DNA of 60,949 nt, counting the filler, from Dimargaris cristalligena (taxonomy: Eukaryota): assembly GCA_003614675.1 (NCBI GenBank). It is 2 parts of 2 records of this genome, joined end to end, with 100 filler letters (N's around TTAATTAATTAA, not from the genome) between each part and the next. Parts side by side here need not be neighbours in the genome. Positions count along the whole stretch, not along the records: positions 30,534 to 60,949 come from ML002459.1; 1 more part is not named here. One strand, 5' to 3'. Below, piece after piece: positions 49,663 to 60,949 of this stretch. The number at the start of each line of letters is the position of its first letter. The first letter of the stretch is position 1. A model generated the notes under the pieces. That model was not told where the DNA came from. It made no database searches and worked only from the letters and a program-made list of their open reading frames with translations. Position numbers and translations under genes: made by a program.

Positions 49663-52600
49663 ATGAATCCGAGGGACGGCCACAATAAGGGCCCTGGGCC
49701 GTACGGTAATAGCAAGGGCACGTACGGTCCTACAGGGGGTTACTCCGCGCCCATTTCTCAGTCTAGCAACCCTGGGACCAACTACCACATGCCCCATGGC
49801 ACTTCCAGCCAGCACCATTCCGGTGTGCGCACTGGGACCGGTCCGGGATTCCCCAATGAAGGCTACGGACATAACCACAGCCGCAATAACCATCGAGTAC
49901 CGGGTCATCTTCACCCCTCGTCACCTTACATGTCCTCCCGGACCCACAGCTCCAGCAATAGCGGGGGCAGCCACCCCCATAACCTCACCGCCCGCCGGTC
50001 GGCCAGCCATACGGACCCCTTACTCCAGCGCTACGTTATGCGACCACCAGACGACCTGCCCCGGCTGTGCTCCAACACCAGTGTGGGCTATCCGGACTAC
50101 TTTCCCCAGGACCCCGCCCAACCGGAGGATCAGCTGATTGATACGTATGTCCGTAATGGGTTGGCTGACCAGCCCCTTATCTCGTCCGAAACGTCGTCCA
50201 TGCACGATTCGATTATCGACCGCTTGCAGGACCAGGGTGTCATGAACCAGTTGGCGAAATTCGCCGTCGAAATCCTGGAGCAGCAGCAGCGTTTGGCCGT
50301 TGATAGCCGCCTGATACACTCCCAGGAGACCGGCGAACCGGTGGATCCTTCATTTATACCATCCGTTGGCGATGTTGACTCGTCGACCGCAACGTCACCC
50401 TTTAGTGGGGCTTCTCCCCGCTGGCATTTAGCCACGCCTATTCCGCCTAAATCCTTTTTCCACCCGCCACCCGTCCGGCCTGTCACCGAGCTTTCGGACC
50501 GGGAAACCTGGTGGAAACATCTAACCGATCCTGCAGCCCAATTGTCCACTCTAGCCCGGTCGGTCCCCAGTCTATACGGTAAGGATCGAACCGACCGGCT
50601 CGAAAGCTTGCTGAAGAATATATGCCAGCGGTCTATCCCGATGACCAGGGCCTTATGGGCCATTCGGGTGTTCGGGTGTGATGAAATTCAAACTGCGCTA
50701 CAATCCCAACCACAGCTAAGTCCGAGTCAGGCCTCTGACAGTCTGACCACCGATTGGACGCGTCTCGTCCTAAACACTTTGCGAAGCGTCTTGACTGAAG
50801 TACCAGGCCGTGACCCCAAAACGAGTGAGGTGGGAGCCGACCCCCGCCGCCTATTCCCCGACCCCGATGCCCAACTGCAGTGGATCGACCGCTGGTCCTA
50901 CCTTTGGCGCCTGGTTCGAGTTCAGTGTGACCAGGAGTTAGTTGATATACGCCATCTTCTGCGCTGGCTAATTGAAGTCATTTCAACCTGTTCCGTGGAC
51001 CATTTCGTACTCCTTTTGCCCAGTTTATACGAGTATATCCCTGATATCAAGCGTGCGAGGTTCCTGCTCCGCCTGCTGGTGTCGGCCCTAACCGACCGGG
51101 CGCTTGGTTTCGCCTCTCAGTTTATCTTACCAGCTTCTTTAGAAACCACATTAGTGGACCTGCACCGGTCCTTATTTTTCAGTTGTCCTGATGTGTTCAT
51201 GGACCCCAGTGCCTGGGCCGACCGGCGTCCGGTGTGGGAGGCGATTATCTTTGGTCGCAAGCTCCCCACAACCAACGACCGAAATGCCAGGCGGTCTGGG
51301 CCATCCCCACTGCCTTCCACCGACGACTGGTCTCCGGAGCGTGCTCTTTGGGAGGAAGTAAACCTACGCAATACTATATTCCACATGCCCACCGCCACTC
51401 CTCCGACATTGGATCCCCCACCGCTGGCCTGGCCGGACTACCACCGACCCGCCCAAAACCCCAATCCGAGTTGCAACCAAGAACCGGATGGTCCAACCAT
51501 GTGGCATAAATTAGTGTGTTCCCGGCCGGAAGTTCCTGAATCAATCTCGAACCATCTCCCGTTCACCCATTACCCCATCGCTACCCTAGCTAATTGGTTC
51601 CGGACTGCGTACCACACCTATTTCAAACTTTACCCGCCACGGGGCCAGACCGGCCCTATCAGTCCCGCCCGATTGGATCAATTCACTGACAATCTGCCCA
51701 AACGGTCCCAGACTGCGCAATTTCTTAAATTTTCCCTTGTTTATTGGCTCCACTGGGTCATCCACACCGATCCACGGCCGTCCCAATACCCGGATGCCGC
51801 GCGAGTTCTCTCAAATGAGAATCCAAATCTTTCAACTATGCACACCATGGTCCTTTGTTGCTTATTAAACGTGCTTAAATTAGTGGGAATCCGAACCCTC
51901 TTGAACTGGCCCGCTGCCCCGTCCACGGACTCAACCCTGGGCGGTCTGACGGACGTATCTAATCGGGCTACCCCCTCCCGGGGAGACCTGGGCTCGGCCT
52001 TAGATTCAGCCACGTCAGCCACCGAGACCCTTCACTCTGCCTACACCTGCCGTTGGGTCGAGGAACTGTTCGAGCAAGTTCGTCTCGCCGGCGAAACGGA
52101 TATCCAGGTCCTTGTACGAATCGGCCAGCGTCAGGATCTTATCCAAGAGGTGCTTGAATCCTTCATGGCCGATCCTTGGCCGACACCATGGCCTCCGTTG
52201 ATTGCCCGAGTATTGACCGAACTGACTCGGGCCAACCTTTTTTCCTACGCCCATTATGCACAGCGCATTATTGCCCGGGGTGAACTTTCCCCCGATAAGA
52301 CCGGCTCGCTCACGCCATTAGACGCCAAATTTGCTCATCAGCCCTATTTGCAGCTTCTAGGCACTCTCAGCGAAGGGGAGCTGCAGGCCAGGCAAATCGC
52401 CCTCTACAAGGCTAACCACCTCAAATTCGACCACCCCGAGTCGGTGTTGGACCCGACTCTCCACACGCCCGAAGAGTACCAGGAGTTCCGCACCATTCTT
52501 CAATGGCAGCACCATATTGCCAGTCGGCTGCCCTGGCTAATTACCCACGACGCCCAAACGCGTTCGGGTCAAGTCTTATCGTCCGCCCTGCTCTTCCGGT

Positions 52601-55600
52601 TGTTACCCGCGCCTTCTAAACCCACCACGTTCGAGCGATTGCAGGCGGATACATGGGCCCCCGTACACCTGTTTCCGCACTGGGAGCCCGCGGCCACTAC
52701 CGCTCACCCGTTGGCTATGACTGGCCTAAGTGAACAGGTATCGACGGTTGCGGAGACTGTGGTGCAAAGCTTTGCTCTCTCACGCCTAGGCCAGTCCCCA
52801 AAGTCGGCCCTGGTCCACAGTCTCGGCTGGTCCACTATATTCGGTCCGGCCAATAACCACTCGACAGCCCCATTGGCCCCTCTCACCCCCTATACTGCAT
52901 CTCGCCTACTGGAAACGTGGTTGCTCCCCATGGCTCGCCTTTATACCGTCCGGGATACCGAAATCGGAGTCGACAATTGGAAGATTATGACCCAGCCGGG
53001 CGCCTCCCTTTTGAATGCCCGCCAGCTGGCCTCCCTGTATTATACGCTGGCCCAGATTGACGGTGCCATGAGTCCTCCTCCCTCACGCGGTGGAGCAGAA
53101 TTCCCCAACATGACTACTCTGGCGGTCTCCACCCGATGGGAAATCGACCAGTGGCTTCTGCGCAAGGGGGTCGACCGACGGACATTGGCCATGGTTATTG
53201 ATGACTTCTTGACCTGGCGTTCCCTTCTGCCATGGGTTAGTGACGATCGGTACGTCTGGAAACTCCTGCTAAGCAAACTGCATAGCCTATTGGAGACCGG
53301 TTTGCTTAATGTACCCCTCATTCGGTATCTGGTTACTTTCGCACCTCAGGATGGAGTCAGTGACGGGGGGACTGGATCGTCCATGTCGCCGAGTAATGCT
53401 CTCCAGGACCTCCGCGGGCAGTGGCACCAATGGCATCAGCAGTTTCTTCGGCGCAGTGCTGCTCTTGCCACCGTCTGGCCCCTTGACACACTGTGGCAGT
53501 TGACCTTTGATTACATTCCACTGGGGGGCACCCTGACCACGGCCGATACTTCTTCGAGTGACACCCATCTTCTGACCGGCGACCAGCTGGCCCAGAGTGT
53601 CGGCCAACACTTTACCAAATGGACCGTTGCCTATCCGGACCAACCCCCGCTTCAGTTCTATCGGCAAATGGCCCAACACTGCGGCGCCACTCTCGTGGCC
53701 TGGGCTAATACGGCTCTAGGTTCGGACCCCGCGTCTTTGGCCGCCCGACTCCGGCAAGTCACCACGATTTACGCCGATTATATGTCGGTTGTCGGGGTGG
53801 TCGTGAACCAGGAACCGCCCGCCTTTATAACGGGCGGGGAGGGGGCCCACCCGTTCGTTCTGGGGGCCCAGCAAATGGTGGATGAATTATCCACCTGTAT
53901 TCAAGAGCTTTGGGTCGCTCTATTAGCCCAGGGATTGGCCGAGGCGAGTGACTCCCGTGTCACTTCGACTGACCACCCGCGAGTCCGCAACTGGGCCCTC
54001 GTCGCAACCACCTTGGCGCAATGGGTTATTCAACTCACTGCCCAGCATCAGCTTACCCATCAGGCAGTAATTACCCGCATCCTCTCCCCCCTTGTGGCCC
54101 TCGGCCCGACCGATCTGAGCGTCAAATCCCCTGCTGATATAGGCCCGGCACTGATGTACCACACCCAGCTGATCCAGTGTCTACGGGACCTCGTCCGGCT
54201 CCTCCTCGGGGACGCCACTGGCCTTCGGGCATCGGCGCCCAATACAGCACCGGGTTACTTGGGACCCAGTCTCGGCGACCTCCACTGCACCATGGATCAC
54301 CTTGCCCTGCAAGCCGAACTAGCCCTGCAGTTCGACCAGCCCCACTCCACCCATAGCCTATTGCCCATGGTCGTACCCTTAGTTCGCTCAGCGTGCTTGA
54401 TGCAATACGAAGTACTGACCCGCGGGGTGGACCCATCGACATCTGGTTCGCTGGAGCCAACCCTGGTGATCATTAGTGCTGCGCTTTCCGACCTGACGCT
54501 GGCCTTGGCCCGTAGTCCATGGGTTCATCGTCACTCGGGACCCATCATTCACCAGATATATGACACGGGAATCCACCCGCAGGTGGCTCCCCTGGACCGT
54601 ACGGACAATACCCTTGCCTCAAATGAGGCATTATCCTCGACTCTTCCTCCAGTGGCCCAACTTTTTCTCCTAGATTGGTTTGGGCGCCTATTGTTTCCCC
54701 TGGTAGGCCCTTTACCCTCACCAAGCAGCGATTCGTCCATCGCCCTTGCCCAAGTCCCTGTTCACAAACATACCAATATGGACTCATTCTTAGCCTCAGT
54801 ATCTTCGGTAGCTATCCCATTAACCTCACGGGTACCGCCCAGCATCTTCCAAGGGTTAGGCCTCGTGGTGATGCGAGACACTAGACGCTCCCGCCTACCC
54901 TTGGATTTGGCCCGGCTATCGTGGCTCCTAGACGCCCACGCCCTCCAGGCGAGTGACCAATTGGTATCTTGGTGGCGCGGAAAGAGGCCCCTCTACCACC
55001 GATGGGTACGGTGTGCCTATTTCCCCGATCGCCTTGACGATCTCCCCGCTCTATCGCCTGCGGCGAATTTTCTCGTTTCTCCCGAGCAGGGCGAGGTTGA
55101 AGATAACCAGGCCTCATATCCCGGCTGGCTCTTACGGGCCTTACACTACTACGCCCTCCGGACCACTCCCTACGCTGAAGACCATGTGAGCTGCCTCGAA
55201 CACTTCATCGCCAATTTCAATATTCAGGCCCTGTCGGAACTTATTACCTACCATCGGACATTCACCATCCTGCCTGACCAACCCAGCGGGGGTTCCCATC
55301 AGGTGGTGGGGGATCGCAGTTTCTTGCTATGCCATCTCAATTCGCTGCCCGTGCTCAGTTTCCCGGGCCTAGAGATTAATTCGAGCGGGTCGGTGCTTAC
55401 TACGGCCGTCGTTTCCGCTTCCGATTTTCAGCACCGCACTCATTATTTGGGTAATATAGTAGGCTGGGCCCTCCATCGATTGGTAGGCTTTGCGGGCTAC
55501 CCCCAGCGGACCATGGAGAGTGCCGACCCCCTTCAGCACCCGGCTACGGGCCCTGTACCGGCACCCCTTCCTGAGGGCCAGATCCAGCTCCTGGCCCAGA

Positions 55601-56667
55601 CCTTGACCGGTTGTCTGGACGCGAGTCTCGACCAACTGGAATGGTTCATTGAGCGTGCCCCTACCTTTGCTACGATGCAAACACTGGGGCAGTGCTACGC
55701 TTACGCCCGCTCCCCACAGCTCTTGTCCGCGGCGGCCTCCCCGCCTCGTCAGCAAGGCGTGTACATCGATCACGTGTATTGCAGTTTATGGCTGCGTCTG
55801 CGTACCCTCGTCCCACTGCTCCCGCACCTCATTAAATCGTCCCCACCCGCTAAGTTCATCTGCTGGGTCACTACCCTGATCCAGCTCCTCAATCGCGTCC
55901 TGGGCCCGTTAGTTCGGGGCCATAGTCCCTTCGCCCCGGCACTCTTTAATCTAGCGTTGGACATTGTATCGGTCTGCCTCGATGTTCAACCGACCGAAGT
56001 CCGGCAGGCTCTCATCGCTGAACTCCGCCAGCTTACGGGGCGGATTGTTCTAGAGCCCCGCAGTTCCGTGAGGCTCCGCCGCATTCTACCATTCGAGATT
56101 TATAACATCTATACGGCGGACTGGAAACCCAACCCCCATATCACTCTGAATCCCTGGCAGTGGCTCGAAACGGCCCCCTCGGCGCCTGCCGCTGATAAAA
56201 CGGATGACCCCCACCATCCTCCAGGTGTCTTCGCCAACCTCAACTGTACGTCTGTTTCCCTGGCCCTTTTCAACGCGAAGCGCTACCGGATTCTGGATGA
56301 CAATATCTTCATCAAATACGCCCGAAACCAATCCCAGACCTTGGCCCTTCTCTACGGAATTGCGGAAAGTTCGGCCTCTAACTCGGCGGACCACCAACGA
56401 CCCGTCGGACCCGGGGGAATGGGGCTCGCTTCCGGCCAATCGGCTACACCGTTTCATTCTACACCCGAGTCCGCAACATTAGGGATTTCTCTCCTTAAAA
56501 CCACCCCCAAGACCTACCGACACTCGTCTAACACCCCGGCTGCCCCATCCTATCGTGCGCCCACCTCTTACTCCACCCATCGGTCCCTGCACTCCAACGC
56601 ATCCGTCAATTCTGCTGATACCCAGGAAGAAGGGGAGATTCCTCTCAAGCGAAAGCGTAGCCCATAG
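49663..56667 (+). CDS. MED12: Mediator kinase-module subunit Med12/Srb8
   Basis: YVMRPP..GYPDYFPQ..QPEDQL..VRNG; Med12 domain WWKHLTDP..LSTLARSVP..IPMTRALWAIR; LFSY..Y..RIIARGE; C-terminal LWLRL..L.PLLP. Single 7-kb ORF. Confidence 0.85.
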   Translation: MNPRDGHNKGPGPYGNSKGTYGPTGGYSAPISQSSNPGTNYHMPHGTSSQHHSGVRTGTGPGFPNEGYGHNHSRNNHRVPGHLHPSSPYMSSRTHSSSNSGGSHPHNLTARRSASHTDPLLQRYVMRPPDDLPRLCSNTSVGYPDYFPQDPAQPEDQLIDTYVRNGLADQPLISSETSSMHDSIIDRLQDQGVMNQLAKFAVEILEQQQRLAVDSRLIHSQETGEPVDPSFIPSVGDVDSSTATSPFSGASPRWHLATPIPPKSFFHPPPVRPVTELSDRETWWKHLTDPAAQLSTLARSVPSLYGKDRTDRLESLLKNICQRSIPMTRALWAIRVFGCDEIQTALQSQPQLSPSQASDSLTTDWTRLVLNTLRSVLTEVPGRDPKTSEVGADPRRLFPDPDAQLQWIDRWSYLWRLVRVQCDQELVDIRHLLRWLIEVISTCSVDHFVLLLPSLYEYIPDIKRARFLLRLLVSALTDRALGFASQFILPASLETTLVDLHRSLFFSCPDVFMDPSAWADRRPVWEAIIFGRKLPTTNDRNARRSGPSPLPSTDDWSPERALWEEVNLRNTIFHMPTATPPTLDPPPLAWPDYHRPAQNPNPSCNQEPDGPTMWHKLVCSRPEVPESISNHLPFTHYPIATLANWFRTAYHTYFKLYPPRGQTGPISPARLDQFTDNLPKRSQTAQFLKFSLVYWLHWVIHTDPRPSQYPDAARVLSNENPNLSTMHTMVLCCLLNVLKLVGIRTLLNWPAAPSTDSTLGGLTDVSNRATPSRGDLGSALDSATSATETLHSAYTCRWVEELFEQVRLAGETDIQVLVRIGQRQDLIQEVLESFMADPWPTPWPPLIARVLTELTRANLFSYAHYAQRIIARGELSPDKTGSLTPLDAKFAHQPYLQLLGTLSEGELQARQIALYKANHLKFDHPESVLDPTLHTPEEYQEFRTILQWQHHIASRLPWLITHDAQTRSGQVLSSALLFRLLPAPSKPTTFERLQADTWAPVHLFPHWEPAATTAHPLAMTGLSEQVSTVAETVVQSFALSRLGQSPKSALVHSLGWSTIFGPANNHSTAPLAPLTPYTASRLLETWLLPMARLYTVRDTEIGVDNWKIMTQPGASLLNARQLASLYYTLAQIDGAMSPPPSRGGAEFPNMTTLAVSTRWEIDQWLLRKGVDRRTLAMVIDDFLTWRSLLPWVSDDRYVWKLLLSKLHSLLETGLLNVPLIRYLVTFAPQDGVSDGGTGSSMSPSNALQDLRGQWHQWHQQFLRRSAALATVWPLDTLWQLTFDYIPLGGTLTTADTSSSDTHLLTGDQLAQSVGQHFTKWTVAYPDQPPLQFYRQMAQHCGATLVAWANTALGSDPASLAARLRQVTTIYADYMSVVGVVVNQEPPAFITGGEGAHPFVLGAQQMVDELSTCIQELWVALLAQGLAEASDSRVTSTDHPRVRNWALVATTLAQWVIQLTAQHQLTHQAVITRILSPLVALGPTDLSVKSPADIGPALMYHTQLIQCLRDLVRLLLGDATGLRASAPNTAPGYLGPSLGDLHCTMDHLALQAELALQFDQPHSTHSLLPMVVPLVRSACLMQYEVLTRGVDPSTSGSLEPTLVIISAALSDLTLALARSPWVHRHSGPIIHQIYDTGIHPQVAPLDRTDNTLASNEALSSTLPPVAQLFLLDWFGRLLFPLVGPLPSPSSDSSIALAQVPVHKHTNMDSFLASVSSVAIPLTSRVPPSIFQGLGLVVMRDTRRSRLPLDLARLSWLLDAHALQASDQLVSWWRGKRPLYHRWVRCAYFPDRLDDLPALSPAANFLVSPEQGEVEDNQASYPGWLLRALHYYALRTTPYAEDHVSCLEHFIANFNIQALSELITYHRTFTILPDQPSGGSHQVVGDRSFLLCHLNSLPVLSFPGLEINSSGSVLTTAVVSASDFQHRTHYLGNIVGWALHRLVGFAGYPQRTMESADPLQHPATGPVPAPLPEGQIQLLAQTLTGCLDASLDQLEWFIERAPTFATMQTLGQCYAYARSPQLLSAAASPPRQQGVYIDHVYCSLWLRLRTLVPLLPHLIKSSPPAKFICWVTTLIQLLNRVLGPLVRGHSPFAPALFNLALDIVSVCLDVQPTEVRQALIAELRQLTGRIVLEPRSSVRLRRILPFEIYNIYTADWKPNPHITLNPWQWLETAPSAPAADKTDDPHHPPGVFANLNCTSVSLALFNAKRYRILDDNIFIKYARNQSQTLALLYGIAESSASNSADHQRPVGPGGMGLASGQSATPFHSTPESATLGISLLKTTPKTYRHSSNTPAAPSYRAPTSYSTHRSLHSNASVNSADTQEEGEIPLKRKRSP

Positions 56668-56878
56668 CGTGGGTCAGATTAGGTCGATGTTGTTCACACA
56701 TAGTTATATATACGCCGCTCTTGTGTTTTATTGTAAATAAACATTCTGGTTATTCCCGATTCCCGGTGATTATGGGGGAGAATGATGAAGTTTATTTATT
56801 ACACTATTTATTGGTGACGTTATTCCGATATTTGGATTCTGGCCCCCGAACTTGGGGGTCAGGCCATCCGTGCAATAT

Positions 56879-59111
56879 TCACTGGGTCTTGATTTTAGAC
56901 TGATTGCGTAGTTGCCGCCACTCCTTAATTTCTTTCAAGACAGCAATGATGATCGGCACGAGAATGGGGACAAATAAAGGCATGTATACGCCAAACTTGT
57001 GATCGTTGGGGAAATAGAGCATCGAGACCATGGAGGGATCGAAGAAGGCCGACTCGGCCAGAGCAAGGGCCTGTCTGGAATGGGTGTAGGCCTCACCGAA
57101 ACGGCCCTTCTGGATACTATCATCAAACTGTGTATACAGGCAAAAGATAATCGAAAACGTATAAACATAATTGGCGAAACTAAATTAGAATCTCCCCAGC
57201 TGTGAATAGAATGTATATTGAAATACAGCAAAAGAGTTGCCCCGCGACGGAAAACAACAACCACAACAGTTCAGGTATACAACCGCTAATTCCCAATTGT
57301 TACAAAGTGACCTATTGCATGCCTCTTCTGAAAACAAGTTGGTAAAAATTAACTTACCATCTTAATGTGGTCTAGGGCCAGTGAAATCTAATTGAAGGTA
57401 TAAATAATAATCACAAGGGGCGGGGCATGTATGAGATTAGTTGAGCAGACGAGAGGTGTGAATTGATAACCAGATGGGAGGTTGGCATAACTCTCCTTAG
57501 GCCAATATCATTTGGATTGGCAGTAGTTTTACTTCGGCTTGGAAATAAAAAATGTGCCATTTACCTTTTCTTGAATACTATCCTGGACCACCATATTGGG
57601 AATCGACTCCACGAGACGATCTAGTGAGTTCAGGGTGTTGATGGCCTCGGCTACATTTTCGACATTGCGCTTGGCCTGTAACAGATCGAATTCCCAGGGC
57701 GAAATTCCGGGGCCTGAGTTTGGATCGGATTCCACTATCCACTCGTTTTGGAGTGGGGATACAATGTCAGCGAAATCAGGTACCCCCAGGAGACCACGCA
57801 GTTGGCTTACGAAAATCCGAGAAGGGCCTAGCAAATCACCTCCGGATAACTGGGCGATGGGCCGATGCGGGGGGTTATTTACAACAATACCGCCCCAGCG
57901 CGGGGCTAAGAATGCATTATAGGGCGACGGGGTGCCATCCGCCTCCCGAACCACCAAAGGGGAGAGGTGAGCGGGAGGAACATAGAGAACAAAGTTTAGC
58001 AGAGGCATATTTGTTTCGGTCGAGTCCAGATTCCAGTCCTGGGTATTGACGAAGTGAGGCAAATCCCGAGGATAGAGAGCGTATTCGGTGGTCTGGCTGT
58101 CGATTTGGATCGGGGTAGGGCGAATGGGAAGGGTCGAATAGTACTGGATTTGGGAATCGACGGTGAAGTTAAATAGAGGTCCAAGGCGGGTTAAAAAGGG
58201 CCGGATCGTAGCCTGCAGCGCGGATTCAATGGCCCAGTCGGTAGGGCCGCTGCTAGCATCCCCGTTGAATAAACTAAAGGACAATTGATAGGCACTGGTA
58301 TGTCGAACCGTGCGCTGTTCAACCTGCCGACCAGCCGATGGAATTCGGGCGGAGTCCAGATAGTTGTTGATTTGGCCAAAGAAGGCGGACAGAAACCATT
58401 CCACGGAGTAGGCCAAACCAGTGTCGCTGACCCATAAATCGATGCGATGGTTGGGTCCAAAGCGAGCCCGAGGGCGGGCGAGCTGAGAAGGGTGGACTAC
58501 CACTAAAGGAGATCCTGGGGGCACAGGCTCTCCATGCAGCAGCGGATGGACAAGGAATTTGAATTTAATAGTGGATGGGTTTGATTCGGAGTCCGGAAGT
58601 GGGCGAGATTGATCTAAATTGAAATTGATTTCGCGGGCAAGCTGGGCGGTATCGGTGGCTAGGCATTTGTCACTAGGAGTTGAATCGACTTGGAGGTAGA
58701 GGTCTAAGGGGAATATAAGGGCGGGCTATATGGAATACGGGCCCAACGGGGTTTATTTGCAGACATCCGGTATTAGAACCATATATAATGTATTCAATAA
58801 GCCATATTTCTAAAAACACGAATTAGGGCACCCTGTTGTCGCCGAACATTCCATGTCCGCATGGGATGGTTCGGATTCTGCATAGCTCCGTAAATTAACC
58901 AAGGGCCGCCAGACCCATCAGCGACAGTGAATGTATTTGCACTCACCCTCTCCTGGCCAAGTTGTCGAATAGCGGTCGAAGGTAAAGGGGCACGGTAGAC
59001 TTCGGTGACTTTCCACCATATGGGCAGGCCCACGGCGAAAAAGAGAATAACACTAAGGACAATGGCCCGTCGACCAGGTGCCAACTGCTTATTAAGTCCG
59101 GGAATGTCCAT
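56879..59111 (-). CDS. GPI17: GPI transamidase subunit Gpi17/PIG-S (exons 59111-58947, 58725-57565, 57387-57358, 57127-56879)
   Basis: GLPIWWKVTEVYRAPLP, NFTVDSQIQYY, LNFVLYVP, FLAPRWGGIVVNN, AFFDPSMVSMLYFPNDHKFGVYMPLF, C-terminal KIKTQ ER-retrieval-like tail. Confidence 0.92.
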
Positions 59112-59419
59112 CAGTCAGGAATGGCAGAAGGGGGCAAATTAGTGGTAAGATTCAAGGGGGATGCAATTAACTGTGGGTAAGGTCGTCAAAGTAGTCAAAA
59201 GATGAGTAAGGTACTTCGTATTCTGGAAACCCATGAACATAGTCTACATGTCATACAAGATGGAAACCAAGAAATTCATTCAGTCAGTCCAGACTTACTG
59301 CCAATCGGTAGGCCATCCATTTACCCAATACCTGCTTCCAAGTTTTAAAGGCGGTGGTAATTCATTTAAAGCACCCCCGCTACCCATTTAAATACCAAGA
59401 AAGTATCTTAATAAATGCG

Positions 59420-60578
59420 ACTCACCACTAGTAATATAGTTGCAATAGATGATTTATGCTGTACTGATATGAAGGTGTATGTTAAGCTGATGGCTGACAT
59501 TCCAATTCACACTGGTTGTTGGATACACACAAATTAATCATCAAATTTATTTGGTCTACATAAAAAATAGCAAATTTCAAAACCATGGACTTATGTATTA
59601 TATAATATATAATACTGTTAATTCAAACTTTCTGTTGTAATTTGGCCAAATGACTATAGTGATATTGGACATTGTCCTATTTATTTTTCCTCTTTTATTG
59701 AAATCACCATCCATATTTAGGTAATTAGTCAAGGAATTGAAGCTACTAGCCTAAGTTTTCCCTTTTATAAGTTGTTATTATTATATAATGATTATAAGTT
59801 TATTTTTGATTGGATTATTATTCTGAGTATCACATTTATACCCTTACTATGCTCTATTAATGAGTATCAGCTATTCCTTTAGCCTATTATAAGTTCATTT
59901 ATACCTGTTACATCTTTATTTTTATTATACCAACAGGTATAACTTTAGCCCTAGCCAATTATTAGTTCAGGTATCTTTTTAATGATGTTGTTTTTATTAT
60001 ACCAATGGGTATAATCATTTTTATTCATCTAATTATTAGTTCAAAGTTCCCTTTTTTCACCATTGTTTTGGTGATACTAATGAATGGTTTACCATATATA
60101 ACTAATGATATAATTCAAAGACCCTTGTCTTTACTTTTGTTTTAGTTATATGAATGGGTCTAACCCTTTTATTATCTTTTACCATTAGTCCAAATTTAGT
60201 TCTTTAGTCCTTAGCATTTATTATTTTATAATCCCTGAGTTTTAGTATAAATACATAGTGGAATATCTTATTAATAAATACAACTTTTTAGTTAAGGCTG
60301 AAGAATTCACCTAGTAGTACTTCTGCAGAAGTTTGATTTTGTTTTAGTTATTTCTGAGTACCCAAGGGTATTATTTCTTTTATATTTTATATTTTATTAC
60401 TATTTATGTTACCCAATATTGTAATAATTATGTTATGTTATTTTCAGATTGAGCTTAATACAATATAGTTATATTAATGATTATAAATACCTAAGTATAA
60501 AATCAGAGTTGTATGTAAGATAATAACTAAGTGTTGATTCTATAAAAATGAGTTCAAGGGATATCCTCCTGAGGAGGC
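59420..60578. repeat. AT-rich, CpG-free decayed sequence containing a degenerate ~72-75-bp tandem repeat
   Basis: No CG seen between 59420 and 60578. TTATTATACCAA recurs at 59922 and 59994, AATTATTAGTTCA at 59957 and 60031, with weaker copies at ~60069 and ~60144. Confidence 0.45.
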
Positions 60579-60949
60579 CGAGGTCTGTTGGTTTTAATCA
60601 AGGCCCAAGGAATAATAACATTATGGGTACAAACATCAGTTGACTGGGTGTATCATTGGGATCTGACATTATTGACAAACTTGAGGGCCAGGACCAGGTG
60701 ATGTCAGCGGCATCAGGGGTGATTTCATAACAATTTGTTATGCTGTTAATGGCTTAATATGGTAATAGAGATAATTATATTTATTTCAAGTAATAGTAAT
60801 GGATATAATTATAATAATAGTTGTAGTGAACTTACCACATTTTTTACTAACTTTTATTTTTAATCCATTTTTCGCACTTATTGGAAGTATGCCCCTGATG
60901 AGTGAATGAGCCCCTGCCCCTACCCCTGATGAGTATAGTCATTTTTCCT

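Noticed and set aside
60891-60935. Two CCCCTGATGAGT copies (hammerhead or box C/D-like core)
   Set aside because: No GAAA partner or stems; the window ends shortly after.

Overview
Eukaryotic fungal genomic DNA with GT-AG introns, most consistent with an early-diverging fungus. The orphan secreted proteins suggest a Zoopagomycota/Dimargaris-like organism, but that is inference. The window is two contigs joined by an artificial N44-TTAATTAATTAA-N44 spacer at 30434-30533. Recognisable genes are a HAD hydrolase, EFM4, RTF1, two tandem class-3 lipases (one frameshifted), ARG5,6, DCC1, PUT2, an F-box/LRR protein, a prenylcysteine oxidase, PAN1, MED12/SRB8, GPI17/PIG-S and two orphan secreted proteins. 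The most notable feature is a young, full-length Ty3/gypsy LTR retrotransposon at 12568-18152 with 303-bp LTRs and a 4-bp TSD (CTAT). Its primer-binding site is a perfect 14-nt complement of its own LTR, suggesting Tf1-type tRNA-independent self-priming. It has a G GGA AAA -1 frameshift, no polypurine tract before the 3' LTR, and a pol ORF that runs 167 nt into the LTR. All four detectable lesions are CpG-type transitions. The window also holds a 136-bp GGG..CCC MITE family with 4-bp TSDs (one copy nested in another, one hit by the retrotransposon), a solo LTR, CpG-free decayed regions at both ends, and a signal-peptide plus F-box-like candidate effector.
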